A DNA stretch of 64,000 bases from Macrostomum hystrix (taxonomy: Eukaryota > Animalia > Platyhelminthes). The DNA lies in NCBI GenBank assembly GCA_950097015.1, contig CATNEN010000003.1, forward strand, positions 15,810,001 through 15,874,000, given 5' to 3'. This document shows positions 25,300-38,332 of the stretch, one piece after another; position 1 is the first letter of the stretch, and each line of letters starts with the position of its first letter. The notes below the pieces were generated by a model, which was not told where the DNA came from, did no database searches, and saw only the letters and a list, made by a program, of their open reading frames with translations. The translations under genes were made by a program, and so were the position numbers.

Positions 25300-26063
25300 G
25301 AGTGACATTGGAAAGAGTGACATCGGAAAGAGTGACATCGAAGAGTGACATCGGAGAGAGTGACATCGGAAAGAGTGACATCGGAGAGAGTGACATTGGA
25401 AAGAGTGACATCGGAAAGAGTGACATCGGAAAGAGTGACATTGGAAAGAGTGACATCGGAAAGAGTGACATCGGAAAGAGTGACATTGGAAAGAATGACG
25501 TCGGAAAGAGTGACATCGGAAAGAGTGACATTGGAAAGAGTGACATCGGAAAGAGTGACATCGGAGAGAGTGACATTGGAAAGAGTGCCATCGGAAAGAG
25601 TGACATCGGAAAGAGTGACATTGGAAAGAATGACATCGGAAAGAGTGACATTGGAAAGAGTGACATCGGAAAGAGTGACATCGGAAAGAGTGACATCGGA
25701 AAGAGTGACATCGGAGAGAGTGACATTGGAAAGAGTGACATCGGAAAGAGTGACATCGGAAAGAGTGACATCGGAAAGAGTGACATCGGAGAGAGTGACA
25801 TTGGAAAGAGTGACATCGGAAAGAGTGACATCGGAAAGAGTGACATTGGAAAGAGTGACATCGGAAAGAGTGACATCGGAAAGAGTGACATTGGAAAGAA
25901 TGACATCGGAAAGAGTGACATCGGAAAGAGTGACATTGGAAAGAGTGACATCGGAAAGAGTGACATCGGAGAGAGTGACATTGGAAAGAGTGACATCGGA
26001 AAGAGTGACATCGGAGAGAGTGACATCGGAAAGAGTGACATCGGAAAGAGTGACATCGGAAAG
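25300..26063. repeat. 15-bp minisatellite gagtgacatcggaaa
   Basis: Direct inspection. Confidence 0.95.
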
Positions 26064-26794
26064 ACAAAAGTAGTATGCAAAAGAGCACATAACTGTGGCT
26101 GCAATTGCTGCTTTTAATCGTTCATTGCGGTCTTTTAAAGAGTTTTAGAGGCAGCAGTTACAGAAAATCTATCTGCATAAAAATGTGGCTATAAGTTTGA
26201 TTTGAAGCAATTTCAGATGGCCCCTGGCTTCTGCCTAATTGTTTGTAAGGGGAGGCAGGGGAGCGAGAGAGGGGTATGCTAATAATCCCTGCTCCATTGT
26301 TTGATAGAGCCAAGCTTTGGTTGGCCAGCCGTAATAGAAATAAAAGGTTAGCTTGCCTCTCAGTCTGCATGCATCCGCCTAGCAACTATCAGCCAGCAAG
26401 CTTATAGGAGCTATAGGAATAGTGCTTCATTGATGTCGTCTGCATGAGGAGAAAAAATAGTATGCGCAGATCATAGAATAGGTCCATGGGCAGATGATTA
26501 ATTTGGTTCATTTTCTAATTTAGTATGATTAGACTATAAAAATATAGCTATAAAAGCTACGAAATACTTCTGAAATTTCTCTGGAAATTCACCAGCATTT
26601 CTGCCTAACTTAGTATGTTTGCAAATGTTCTCTAGATTTTAAATTAATTATGTAAATTTTAAACAATGCATTTTTTATTATCCTTAATTTGCATATCATT
26701 TTGTAAAATGTGCGTCTGATCAGTTGTAATACTAGAGAAAATACTAAGGTAATACGTCTGGATAGTTCGATTGTAAGCGACTGAAAATACCATA

Positions 26795-27395
26795 TTCAGT
26801 CACTCTTCTGTTCAGTCACTCTTCTATTCAGTCACTCTTCTGTTCAGTCACTCTTCTATTCAGTCACTCTTCTATTCAGTCACTCTTCTATTCAGTCACT
26901 ATTCCATTCAGTCACTCTTCTGTTCATTCACTCGATCTTCTATTCAGTCACTCTTCTGTTCAGTCACTCTTCCGTTCAGTCACTCTTCTGTTCAGTCACT
27001 CTTCTATTCAGTCACTCTTCTGTTCAGTCACTCTTCTATTCAGTCACTCTTCTGTTCAGTCACTCTTCCGTTCAGTCACTCTTCTGTTCAGTCACTCTTC
27101 TATTCAGTCACTCTTCTGTTCAGTCACTCTTCTGTTCAGTCACTCTTCCGTTCAGTCACTCTTCTGTTCAGTCACTCTTCCGTTCAGTCACTCTTCTGTT
27201 CAGTCACTCTTCTGTTCAGTCACTCTTCCGTTCAGTCACTCTTCTATTCAGTCACTCTTCTATTCAGTCACTCTTCTGTTCAGTCACTCTTCTGTTCATT
27301 CACTCTTTTTTCAGTCACTATTCCATTCAGTCACTCTTCTATTCAGTCACTATTCCATTCAGTCACTCTTCTGTTCAGTCACTTTTCTATTCAGT
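26795..27395. repeat. 16-bp minisatellite ttcagtcactcttct(g/a)
   Basis: Direct inspection. Confidence 0.95.
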
Positions 27396-27997
27396 AATAA
27401 AACACAAACTGGCAGAGAGCCAATAGCCTTACCCAGGTTTTATATATTATGCCTAGATCGCGAATTGCATTTATGGATAAATATAAGAGGTTTCGAAAAG
27501 GAGATTCTGGCGGGTTTAAAGTCGGGTGTATAGCTTTGCTGACAGCGTGAACTGAATTAATTAAATAAAAACGCACTGCTTGAAAACTCTTTTGCACCAG
27601 TAACACAGCCCTGGCAACTGGGCTTGCTCAAATACTGCCCAGGAAAGGTACAGCGAGAAGGAAGGAAATATCGAGTAAGATTAGAATTTGATGTTAACTT
27701 TCATTAATTTTCTTATAACTTCCACTTTAACTGTGAAACGATTACAAAATGCAAACACAGGAAGTTAGTTGTAAATTTATAAACATCAAAGCTAAATATT
27801 TCAAAGGATACGTGCTTGAATGAAAAAAGTCATGCAGATGGAAACTAAAATGTTTTACAAATATATATGAAGATTAAAATACTAGCTACTGCAAGTAGAA
27901 CAGTTAAAATATATATCAATAAATCTAAAATATTTACAAACAAGCTCACAGATGTTTTATTGTGCACACGCGTTTACATTTTCAACAGGGATTCAAC

Positions 27998-28063
27998 ATT
28001 TCTCTCCGCGGCTGCGCCCCAAATGAATGTGGCCTCGCCGCGGAATCGAACTCACGGACCTTG
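27998..28063 (-). mobile_element. Family 2 SINE fragment (B box and start of body)
   Basis: Minus strand caaggtcc..gagttcgattccgcggcgaggccacattcatttggggcgcagcc matches the copies at 41817 and 43719. Confidence 0.75.
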
Positions 28064-28755
28064 AAGCCACTCACCTTCCCCCGCTACAAGCACTAAGTTG
28101 GCTGTTGTTTTTTTCCCAGTTCTACCTAAAAGGTGTCAACGCGGGCACCAGTTTTTGCCACTCTCTGTAGATTTGGCATCGATTTGAACTAAAAATTAGT
28201 CAGGCTAGCAGTGAGAATTCTGCTGTCGTTGCCCAGAGGAATAATTTTCTTATTTTTCCAAATCAATTGTCCCAAGCTCATTTCCTTCGTCGAGTCTCAA
28301 AAAGAGGCTTGGAAAAGCAGAAAGCATGAAAAAAACGTCCTTCAACTTGCCTAAGAGAGAAATTCTGCAGTATGGGAGCCAATGAAAATTGAGCAGCTTC
28401 TCAGCAGCATTCAGATCTACTGTGTTTTTCTCTCTCCGTATTAATAACGAGCTAACGAACAAAATGAAATGCAGATAGCCTACTTACGGTGCCTCGGTTT
28501 TAACAAACTTTCCTGGTCAAGAAAGAACTGCGAAATTGCTAGACAAAATGCGGCAGTCAGGTAAAAAAGGATTCTGCTTAAATTAAATAAATTTTTCTTG
28601 TTTCTTTGTTAAAAATGTGAATTGATCTAGAGAATTATCCAAATTTAATAATTTTTTTAATGGTTACGTTTGATTCTCAACTTTCTTTCAGTACCTTCTA
28701 TATCTTTTTTAATACCTATAGTTATCCCACCTAATGTATACTTATTGGAAGTGGA

Positions 28756-29240
28756 TTGAATGTGTACAGAGGTAGGTTGAATGTGTACAGCGGTAGGTTG
28801 AATGTGTACAGAGGTAGGTTGAATGTGTACAGCGGTAGGTTGAATGTGTACAGAGGTAGGTTGAATGTGTACAGAGGTAGGTTGAATGTGTACAGGGGTT
28901 GGTTAAATGTGTACAGAGGTAGGTTGAATGTGTACAGAGGTAGGTTTAATGTGTACAGAGGTAGGTTGAATGTGTACAGGGGTAGGTTGAATGTGTACAG
29001 GGGAAGTTTGAATGTGTACAGGGGAAGATTGAATGTGTACAGGGGAAGATTGAATGTGTACAGGGGTAGGTTGAATGTGTACAGGGGAAGATTGAATGTG
29101 TACAGGGGTAGGTTGAATGTGTACAGGGGAAGTTTGAATGTGTACAGGGGAAGATTGAATGTGTACAGGGGAAGATTGAATGTGTACAGGGATTGGTTGA
29201 ATGTGTACAGGGGAAGATTGAATTTGTACAGGTGTGGTTG
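28756..29240. repeat. 21-bp minisatellite ttgaatgtgtacag(a/g)ggtagg
   Basis: Direct inspection; same unit as 33140-33610. Confidence 0.95.
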
Positions 29241-31159
29241 AAATGTGCCAATCGTATTTGGAGCCAGAGCGCAGCTGTTCCCCGTATTAAGAGAGCAGCT
29301 AGTGCAATATTATTTTCTAGGAAAATTAAGCCAGTAAATTTTATTATCACGGCTGTTTAGCTTAAATGACTTTAATTTTTTATGCAATGTTGAGAAGTAC
29401 ATTTTCGAATCAACTAGTAGTAGGTGAGGTTGGATGCTAAAGCTAAACTTTTTAAATATTTTTAGTTGGTTGGGATCTACCTACTTATAGTAAGCGAGTC
29501 AGCTACTTTTTTAAACGACAGAAATTCCTTAGTTTTAAATTTTAAGATTCAAACAAAATTTCAATAGCAGTAGAAAGACAATTAATTTTTTTGCCCTTTA
29601 TACTCGTAGAAAGACAAATGGGTATTTCAATAATTTGCCAGTGTCCTGGAATATCAGAGCCATTGGTTGGATATTTAATAAATCCAATCTGTGCTGCTTG
29701 TACCAATCACTATAAACCTTTCAAACAAAAGTCATTTGTCAATCACAATTGGCTTGATCATTATCGATTATGAGCTTCTCACAAGCCATACACAAATCTA
29801 TTTTTTACCCCTTGCGTTGCGTTTTGCTTTTCCAAGCTAATCTTCTGAAAGAACTACTGTCAAAATATGGGATTTCGGTTGTTTTAGGTCCGAATGAGGA
29901 TTAGATTATTTTTTAAACCCGACTTTTGCCTTCTCCGTATAATCTTTTCCCATTTCGAGGTCCGCTTGCAAACCTGACTTTCATACACTGTACAGTAGGG
30001 AATTCTTGTATTCTTGACACAAAAAGTATCATCAAATTTTTTTGGAAATACTGACAAACTTCATTGATAAAAAGGGTTTGTACTTTTAATGTTTTTAGCA
30101 CTCAGAAACTGCCTCTTGGTCACAACAATAAGATATCTAAAATAAGATACGACAACTTCATTTCCCAACACAATCTTCAACTGACACACCATTTGCGAAC
30201 AGATTTTTTCGATTGGATACCATAATGAAGTCTCAAAGCCAGATTCCTCAATAGAACCTTAAATAGGGATTTCCCACTGAAATCTAAAGACTGGATTCCC
30301 CTATCGAATATAAATTCGGATTTCCCAATAGAATTAAAACAAGGGATTCCCCCAATGGAATCTCTAAACGAGATTTCCCCTGTAGTCTTTAAATTGGAAT
30401 TCCTCGGGGATTCTCTCAAATTACTTTATTTCGCTTTAAACCTTTGTTTGGTAACTAAATTTAGTTATAGCGCATTTTTTTAATAAAACAGTCCCAATTT
30501 ACAAGCTAGCAACCCCATTAATCTAGGCGCGTGATTGACCTAAACAGCCAATCAACTTTTTGTGCCCATCTAAAATAATTTATTGAGCGTAGTTCTCGCT
30601 CGTACTTGACTTATTTCTCTGATATAGTATCTTTAGAGTTTATAGTAGGACAACGTTTTTACGTCCTATGGCATGTGCTCACAATAGCCTTGGGAATTTC
30701 TACAGCCGGTCGGTCAATCGCAGGAAATATCCACGATAGGACAGAAATGAATCAGTGTAGTCAACACACCATCTGACAATGGAGAAGCGACATTGACAGA
30801 TCGGATCGAGAAGCAGCCATTCCTGTGGGCAATATAAAACTAGCTGTGGCCAATCACAGATCGTTCAGACTTACCTTTTAAACCCCCTAAGGGGTTTGCT
30901 TATTTATTTGAAACTGCAGATTCAGACTTTCGTTTAACTGCTCTTATCGGACGAATCACATTCACCAACAGTGATTACTCAAGTAATAAAAAATAACGAT
31001 TGAAAAGTTATCAGTAGCTTATCGACTTTACACTTCGACTGTACAGTTTTGATAACGCTTCGCTGCTTTCTAGCAACAGGTAACCCGTCTACTGTATCTT
31101 AAAATTATGTTCTCTGCTTAGTCTTCCTAGAAAATATGCTTACCGGCGGAATCTTCTAA

Positions 31160-31552
31160 AATAGAATCTCCCGAAATCTGAATTCACCAAAATAGGAGTA
31201 TCAAGATACCGGAATTATCCGAAACAGGAATACTCCAAACTGGAATCTCCCGAAACTGGAGTCTCCCGAAACGAGAATCTCCCGAAACTGGAATCTCCCG
31301 AAACTGGAATCTCCCGAAACCGGAATCTTCCGAAACTGGAATCTCCCGAAACCGGAAACTCTCGAAACCGGAATCTCCCAGAACCGGAATCTTCCGAAAC
31401 TGGAATCTTCCAAAAATAAAATCTCATGAACCGTCATGGTTCCAAAACCGGAATCTTCTGAAAATGGAATCTCCTTAACGGGAATCTTTCGAAATTTCCA
31501 TCTCCTGAAAATGGAATCTTCTGAATCAGAATCTTCCGTAGCAGAATCTTTT
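31160..31552. repeat. Degenerate 16-bp repeat aaactggaatctcccg running up to a splice acceptor
   Basis: Direct inspection. Confidence 0.85.
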
Positions 31553-31568
31553 CCCTATCCAGCGCCAG

Positions 31569-31803
31569 ATGTACACCAGCCGGCCATTCACCAGAATCCG
31601 CCGACTAGAGAAGGATTCGCCTTCTGGTCAGCCGCCCCCGGCCAGCCCCTCGAAGTTGAGCGGATCATCGGCTGTCACCACCTCGGAGCTGGCGAAGGAG
31701 AAAAAGTTCGCGCATCACCATCACCCGGTGTCGGTGATGGGCCCGATGCGTGTGGGCAGCATTCGAAGGCGCGACGGAGTCCGCGAGCCCGTCATCATGG
31801 GCA
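31569..31803 (+). CDS. Candidate alternative N-terminal exon 1b of the stomatin-like gene (MYTSRPF...EPVIMG)
   Basis: GC-rich coding-like block. Acceptor tatccag ends at 31562, ATG at 31569, and a GTGAGT donor follows 31803 in phase 1, in frame with 38333. Confidence 0.7.
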
Positions 31804-32034
31804 GTGAGTTGACGCCAGGAAAGCCTAAGTTCAACAATGCGTTGTCGTAGAGTATTGCTGCTCCAATTTCCCATTGAGCTGGGTCAGGTTTTAGCAGCGT
31901 TTGGCTCTGTCATGAAGGACTCAGCAATTAAAATCTCATTTAATAGTCATCAGCCGCGTGTTTGGATTGAGTTGGAGTAATTTTCTAAGTTGCCTTTCGT
32001 ATTGTAGTACGGCGGAATCTAACAGTGAATTTCT

Positions 32035-32405
32035 CTGTCTAACATGTTGTCGCATCTGTCTAACTGGTTGGCGCATCTGTCTAACAGGTTATCGTATCTG
32101 TCTAACATGTTGACGCATCTGTCTAACATGTTGACGCATTTGTCTAACAGGTTGTCGCATCTATCTAACATGTTGACGCATCTGTCCAACATGTTGACGC
32201 ATCTGTCTAACATGTTGACGCATCTGTCTAACATGTTGACGCATCTGTCTAACATTTTGACGCATCTGTCCAACATGTTGACGCATCTGTCTAACATGTT
32301 GACGCATCTGTCTAACATGTTGCCGCATCTGTCTAACATGTTGACGCATCTGTCCAACATGTTGACGCATCTGTCTAACATGTTGACGCATCTGTCTAAC
32401 AGGTT
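32035..32405. repeat. 21-bp minisatellite tgtctaacatgttgacgcatc
   Basis: Direct inspection. Confidence 0.95.
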
Positions 32406-33139
32406 GTCACATCGTCTTACAGTTTAACTCAACTATAATAATAATTAAACTGAATAAAATATCTAGTAAATTAATTTCAAGCAAGATTAAGTTTTAAGAC
32501 AGAGGATTACCCTAAAGTTCTAACAATAATTTTAATTTTCTTGATAAGAAATTTGAAGTCATTTTTTAGCTTGTATGCTAAACCAATTTCGACATGTTCC
32601 AAACAATTTAATTATTATGAGAAAACGTGCGAGCTAAAATACATTCAATTGGACCTGCCTGACCAATAAAAAAACTAATGAAATAACAACTCCAATAATT
32701 GACTTCATTAGATATGCAGGCAGCTGTCCACAAATGGACATGACATGTACGAATTTCCCAATCCTCAGACTCTCTCAGTGAGGAGGGATGGGGTTAAAAA
32801 CTTTTATTCCCCCACTGGTTGGGATTTAGAATTGTCAGCCGCATTGACACTTTTATCGGGATCAGCTCGGGCAGGGCCGCGCCCCAGAAATCTAAAACTC
32901 CCACCTTATCCCTAATCTGCGGGTTCAATTATTCATTTGCTAGTCAGCTAAAGGTCCTTTTATATGCCTAGGCACTCTGTCGCGGATAGACGATGATAAA
33001 GTGTTGACACCAATCATTACTTATCAGTTCCGGCTGAGTTTCATGCTTGATTGTACAGTTAATTTAGAGCCAGTTCTTGACGGATTTTTTTAATGGGGTT
33101 GAATATGTACGAGTACAGTGGGTTGTTGACTGTCTACAA

Positions 33140-33610
33140 GGGGGTAGGTTGAATGTGTACACGGGTTGGTTGAATGTGTACAGGGGTAGGTTGAATGTGT
33201 ACAGGGGTAGGTTTAATGTGTACAGAGGTAGGTTGAATGTGTACAGAGGTAGGTTGAATGTGTACAAGGATTGGTTGAATGTGTGCAGAGGTAGGTTGAA
33301 TGTGTACAGGGGTAGGTTGAATGTGTACAGGGGTAGGTTGAATGTGTACAGGGGTAGGTTGAATGTGTACAAGGATTGGTTGAATGTGTACAAAGGTAGG
33401 TTGAATGTGTACAGGGGTAGGTTGAATGTGTACAGAGGGAGGTTGAATGTGTACAGGGAAGGTTGAATGTGTACAGGGAAGGTTGAATGTGTACAGGGAA
33501 GGTTGAATGTGTACAGAGGTAGGTTGAATGTGTACAGAGGTAGGTTGAATGTGTACAAGGATTGGTTGAATGTGTACAGGGGTAGGTTGAATGTGTACAG
33601 AGGTAGGTTA
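33140..33610. repeat. 21-bp minisatellite, second array of the 28756 family
   Basis: Direct inspection. Confidence 0.95.
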
Positions 33611-34239
33611 CATGATCGAATCCTAGGTCGAGCAAGTGCGCAGCAGTAGCCATATTAGGAGGGCTAATCTTAAAAGATTTTCTCAGGAAGCAGAACGCCT
33701 GCAATTATCCTATCCTGTTCAGCTGCTAGCAGAAAAGCAGAATGCGAAAGACAAAGAAGATTTGCACAAGTCTAGCACGCACATCTGCTTTCTTGAACAG
33801 TCGCCGGCTTTCTTTCGAATGGCCCCACCTGCATGCGGGCAGATAATTACAGGTCGCTGCAGATGCTCTCGCTTTGAAGCTGGCTCGCTGGTCACAAAAA
33901 TCTGCAGCCATGGCGCATCAAATAGATAGATAGACAAAGATTTGTTGTTTTCCTGACGACTGAAGTCAAGAATATGAGCTGTCAGGAATTGAGAAGTCAG
34001 GGGCTGTCCGGCAACCTGCAAATTAGTGCCTCGAGTACCTCGTCCACTGAAAATTGTGCAGATTCATGTCGAGCAGGAATTTCTAGAACGCAATGCAACT
34101 TCTACAAGTCACGAGCAGCTATTTTTGATGACCCTGTCATTGTCGAAGTTTTGCTAAGCAATTTCGATCAAGCGAAAATTCATTTCAGATTCAGATTGCT
34201 CATTGTGATTGACTGGAGGCTATTGAGAGACTATGAGAA

Positions 34240-35135
34240 ATTAGGGTGAGATTATTGAGAGATAATGGAGATATTTGGGATAAATTAGGGGGAGATTAGG
34301 GGGAGATCATGGAGAAATTAAGGATAGATTAGGGGGAGATCGTGGAGAGATTAGGGAGAGATCATAGAGACATTAGGGGAAGATCATATAGAGATTAGGG
34401 TGAGATTAGGGGGAGATCATGGAGAGATTAGAGAGAGATTTGGGGGAGATAATTGAGAAATTAGAAAGATGTGAAATTAGGGATAGATTAGGGGGAGATC
34501 ATGGAGAGATTAGAGAGAGATTTGGGGGAGATAATTGAGAAATTAGAAAGATGTGAAATTAGAGATAGATTAGGGAGATATTATGGAGAGATTAGGGGGA
34601 GATTAGGGAGAGATCATGGAGAGATCATGTGGAGATTAGGGAGAGATTAGGGGGAGATTGTGGAGAGATTAGGAAGAGATTAGGGAGAGATTAGGAAGAG
34701 ATTAGGGAGAGATTAGGAAGAGAGTATGGAGAGATTAGGGAGATATTATGGAGAGATTAGGGGGAGATTAGGGAGATATTATGGAGAGATTAGGGGGGAG
34801 ATTATGGAGAGATCATGGAGAGATCATGTGGAGATTAGGGAGAGATTAGGGGGAGATTATGGAGAGATTAGGGAAATATTATGGAGAGATTATGGAGAGA
34901 TTACGGGGAGTTTATGGAGAGATTTGGGAGACATTAGGGAGAGATTAGGGAGATATTTTGGAGAGATTAGGGGGAGATTATGGAGAGATTAGGGAGAGAT
35001 TAGGGGGAGATTAGGGAGAGATTAGGGGGAGATTATGGAGAGATTAGGGGGAGATTATGGAGAGATTAGGGAGAGATTATGGAGAGATTACGGGGAGTTT
35101 ATGGAGAGATTTGGGAGACATTAGGGAGAAATTAA
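34240..35135. repeat. Purine-rich degenerate 11-12 bp repeat (ggagagattagg / ggagagattat)
   Basis: Direct inspection. Confidence 0.9.
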
Positions 35136-35599
35136 ATAAAGATTAAGGAAATCTTTATCCTAATCACAGTTTTATCCTATTAGAAAGAGATTTAATAATG
35201 ATTTGTGGGCGCATTAGGGATATATCAGAGATAGAAAATATTAAAAAGAAATTACGAGATTTTTTGAGATCTTGAGATATTAGGGCCAGAAAAAAAGCTA
35301 GATGTTAGGAGGGATGGACAGGTGAAATGTATAAAATCTGAGCTACAAAAAATAGATTCTACACTGGAGACAGAAAATCAGGTCATGCATACAACAGATT
35401 TCTGTCTCAATAGATGTAATGGGAGAAAGATTGCGATTTTTGCTGCATTATACTAATAGTAGACAATAAGGAAAACGTGCGCTTTTTATAGCAAACAAGA
35501 ATTTATATACCTAAGGTACACTCGTTTTTGTATATGAAGAAATCGAAATCCCTAGAAAAAAAACAGTTTTCTAAGACCTTGGGACGTCTAGCCTGTGAA

Positions 35600-36365
35600 A
35601 GATTTCTCAAACCTCAGGTAGGATTTCTAAATCCTTAACTAGGATTTCTCAAACCTCAGGAAGGATTTTTAAAACCTTAAGAACGATTTCTCAAAACTCA
35701 GGTTGGATATCTCTAACTTCAGGAACGATTAATAAACCTCAGGTAAGATTTCTTAACCCTAAGGTAGGATTTCTAAAACCTTAAGAAGGATTTCTCAAAC
35801 CTCAGGTAGGATTTCTCAAACCTCAGGTAGGATTTCTCAAACCTCAGGTAGGATTTCTCAAACCTCAGGTATGATTTCTAAATCCTTAACTAGGATTTCT
35901 CAAACCTCTGGAAGGATTTTTAAAACCTTAAGTAGGATTTATCAAACCTCAGGTTGGATATCTCTAACTTCAGGAACGATTAATAAACCTCAGGTAAGAT
36001 TTCTCAACCCTAAGGTAGGATTTCTAAAACCCTAAGAAGGATTTCTCAAACCTCAGGTAGGATTTCTAAATCCTTAACTAGGATTAATCAAACCTCTGGT
36101 TGGATTTCCCTAACTTCAGGTACGATTAATAGACCTCAGGTAGGACTTCTCAAAACTCAGATAGGATTTCTCAAAATCCAGTTAGGATTTCTCAAAATTC
36201 AGGTAAGACTTCTCAAAATCCAGGTAGGATTTCTCAAATCTGTGGTAAGATTTCCCAAGCCTCACGTGGGCAGTTTAAACGTTATGTAGGATTTCTTCAA
36301 TGTAATAAAGGATTTCTCAAACATGGTTAGAAATTCTCAAAACTCAGGGTAGGATTTTTCAACAT
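35600..36365. repeat. 21-bp degenerate minisatellite aggatttctcaaacctcaggt with higher-order duplication
   Basis: Direct inspection. Confidence 0.9.
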
Positions 36366-37581
36366 TCGTGATTTGTTTTTTTCTTGTTTTTTTTCATCTC
36401 CTACCTGAGGTGAATTCCTGTTAATACTGTTATTAACAATTGCTAGCTAAAATAGTATGCTCCATAATAGCCTTCAGTCGGGTAAATCTGCATTAAGGAA
36501 CAATATCTGTTAAGTAAGCATCTGTTAGATTGAGACATACTAGAATAGTTTCGCTGTCTTCTCACCCAGAAATTCTCAGTCTCATTAGCTCGAACTCAAG
36601 CTCGAAGTGCAGATTCGTGTAAATCTCTGCTCACTCACTTGCCCCCGGGCCAGAAATACCTGTGCGAGTCTCAATCAGCTTACAGGTGTACTGTACTTCC
36701 GCGTTCCGCTCGCGAGCGTGTCTTCCCTAATTTATTATCCTATCCGCATTTTCTCGTCTCCCCCATCTGCCGTCCCTAAGCCCATTCCAGAAGTCCGCCG
36801 TTGCATCCCATCTCCCCACCCAACTGAATCCCGCTGTCTATAATGAAGAGGACATTACAGAGATATATTGAGGATGGGAAGGACGCTGCAAACATGGTGA
36901 GGCGGGCGGGCATTGTCTAGTACACCAAATCATTAGGCCTTTACATACATCATCATTGGTGCATTGTATTAGCCAGCGTTTAACGTGAGTCTGTTGTCTG
37001 TGTGTGGCTTCAGTCAGCGCTGATGCGGCCTGCAAAATGAGGAACTAGTCAGTGGGGCTGGGTTGGTTGCACCCACAAACCTGGGGTTGGGCAGGAGAGT
37101 GGGACAGAAGGGATAGGATGAGATTTTTCTGAGGTATAAGCTTGGAGTTAGGGGAGGGGGTTGGTGAGCAGTAGCTAGTCGTTCGTCCAACTCAACCGAA
37201 ACCTAGAAGACAGATTCGGCGCTATATATATATAGAGAGGCCTATAGAAAGGCAACTACTCGGTTCGACACACAACTAGCGAAGCCACTGTTTTATCCTC
37301 GTCTCCCTTTCCATCCCTCCGCCCCACCCCACTCCGCGGCTTACTTCCCGTGTCTCGGCACACGCTCACTTGCGAGCTCGCTTTTTTTCGGGGGCTGGCG
37401 GCGTCGGATTCCAATAGAGCTCAACAGCCGAGTTTATCCTTGGGCAACGCCTGGCACCTTGGCGCAGACGAATTATCTGATCTGACTTTCTGTTCCTCTC
37501 ACCCAGCTACTCAATTCAACGTGCGCTTCGATTATTATCTCAAAACTAGAGATAAAAAAAATTGAGCATAGTTGAGCAGAG

Positions 37582-37645
37582 ATGCACTCAGCGGCCATGC
37601 TGCACAGAGACCATCTGCCAGCCACTGGGCCTCTCTCGGATCCTG
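37582..37645 (+). CDS. Candidate alternative first coding exon 1c of the stomatin-like gene (MHSAAMLHRDHLPATGPLSDP)
   Basis: ATG, 64 nt, G/GTGAGA donor in phase 1; a TATA-like (TA)n run lies at ~37223-37234. Confidence 0.45.
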
Positions 37646-37679
37646 GTGAGATCGGCTGCTGGGGATCGAGACAGCGAGA

Positions 37680-38088
37680 GAGATCAGAGAGTCAGAGATG
37701 AGAGAGTCAGAGATGAGAGAGTCAGAGATGAGAGAGTCATAGAGATGAGAGAATCATACAGTCGGAGAGTCAGAGAGAGATAGAGAAATAAAAATTGAGA
37801 ATGAGAGTCAGAGAATGGAGAATGAGAGTCAGAGAATGGAGAATGAGAGTCAGAGAATGGAGAATGAGAGTCAGAGAATGGAGAATGAGAATCAGAAAAT
37901 GGAGAATGAGAGTCAGAGAATGGAGAATGAGAGTCAGAGAATGGAGAATGAGAGTCAGAGAATGGAGAATGAGAATCAGAAAATGGAGAATGAGAGTCAG
38001 AGAATGGAGAATGAGAGTCAGAGAATGGAGAATGAGAGTCAGAGAATGGAGAATGAGAGTCAGAGAATGGAGAATGAGAGTCAGAGAT
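37680..38088. repeat. GA-rich repeat maturing into the 21-bp unit gagaatggagaatgagagtca
   Basis: Direct inspection. Confidence 0.9.
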
Positions 38089-38332
38089 AGACAGAAAAAG
38101 AGAGTCAGGGAGCCAGAGAGGAACGGCAGACACGGCAGAGGCTGTCATAGACTTCCAAAACTTGCAACATAAAGAATTATATAATACGAGTAACTAACCC
38201 TATAACTAAGAGTTAGGCCTTTCAGTCTCATAAAGGCATTTAAACGCATGCATGGAACTAGGCTAAAATGATGACCTGACCCCCAGCATTAATCGCTTAG
38301 AAGTTGGCTATATCGTCACCTTTCGTTTCCAG

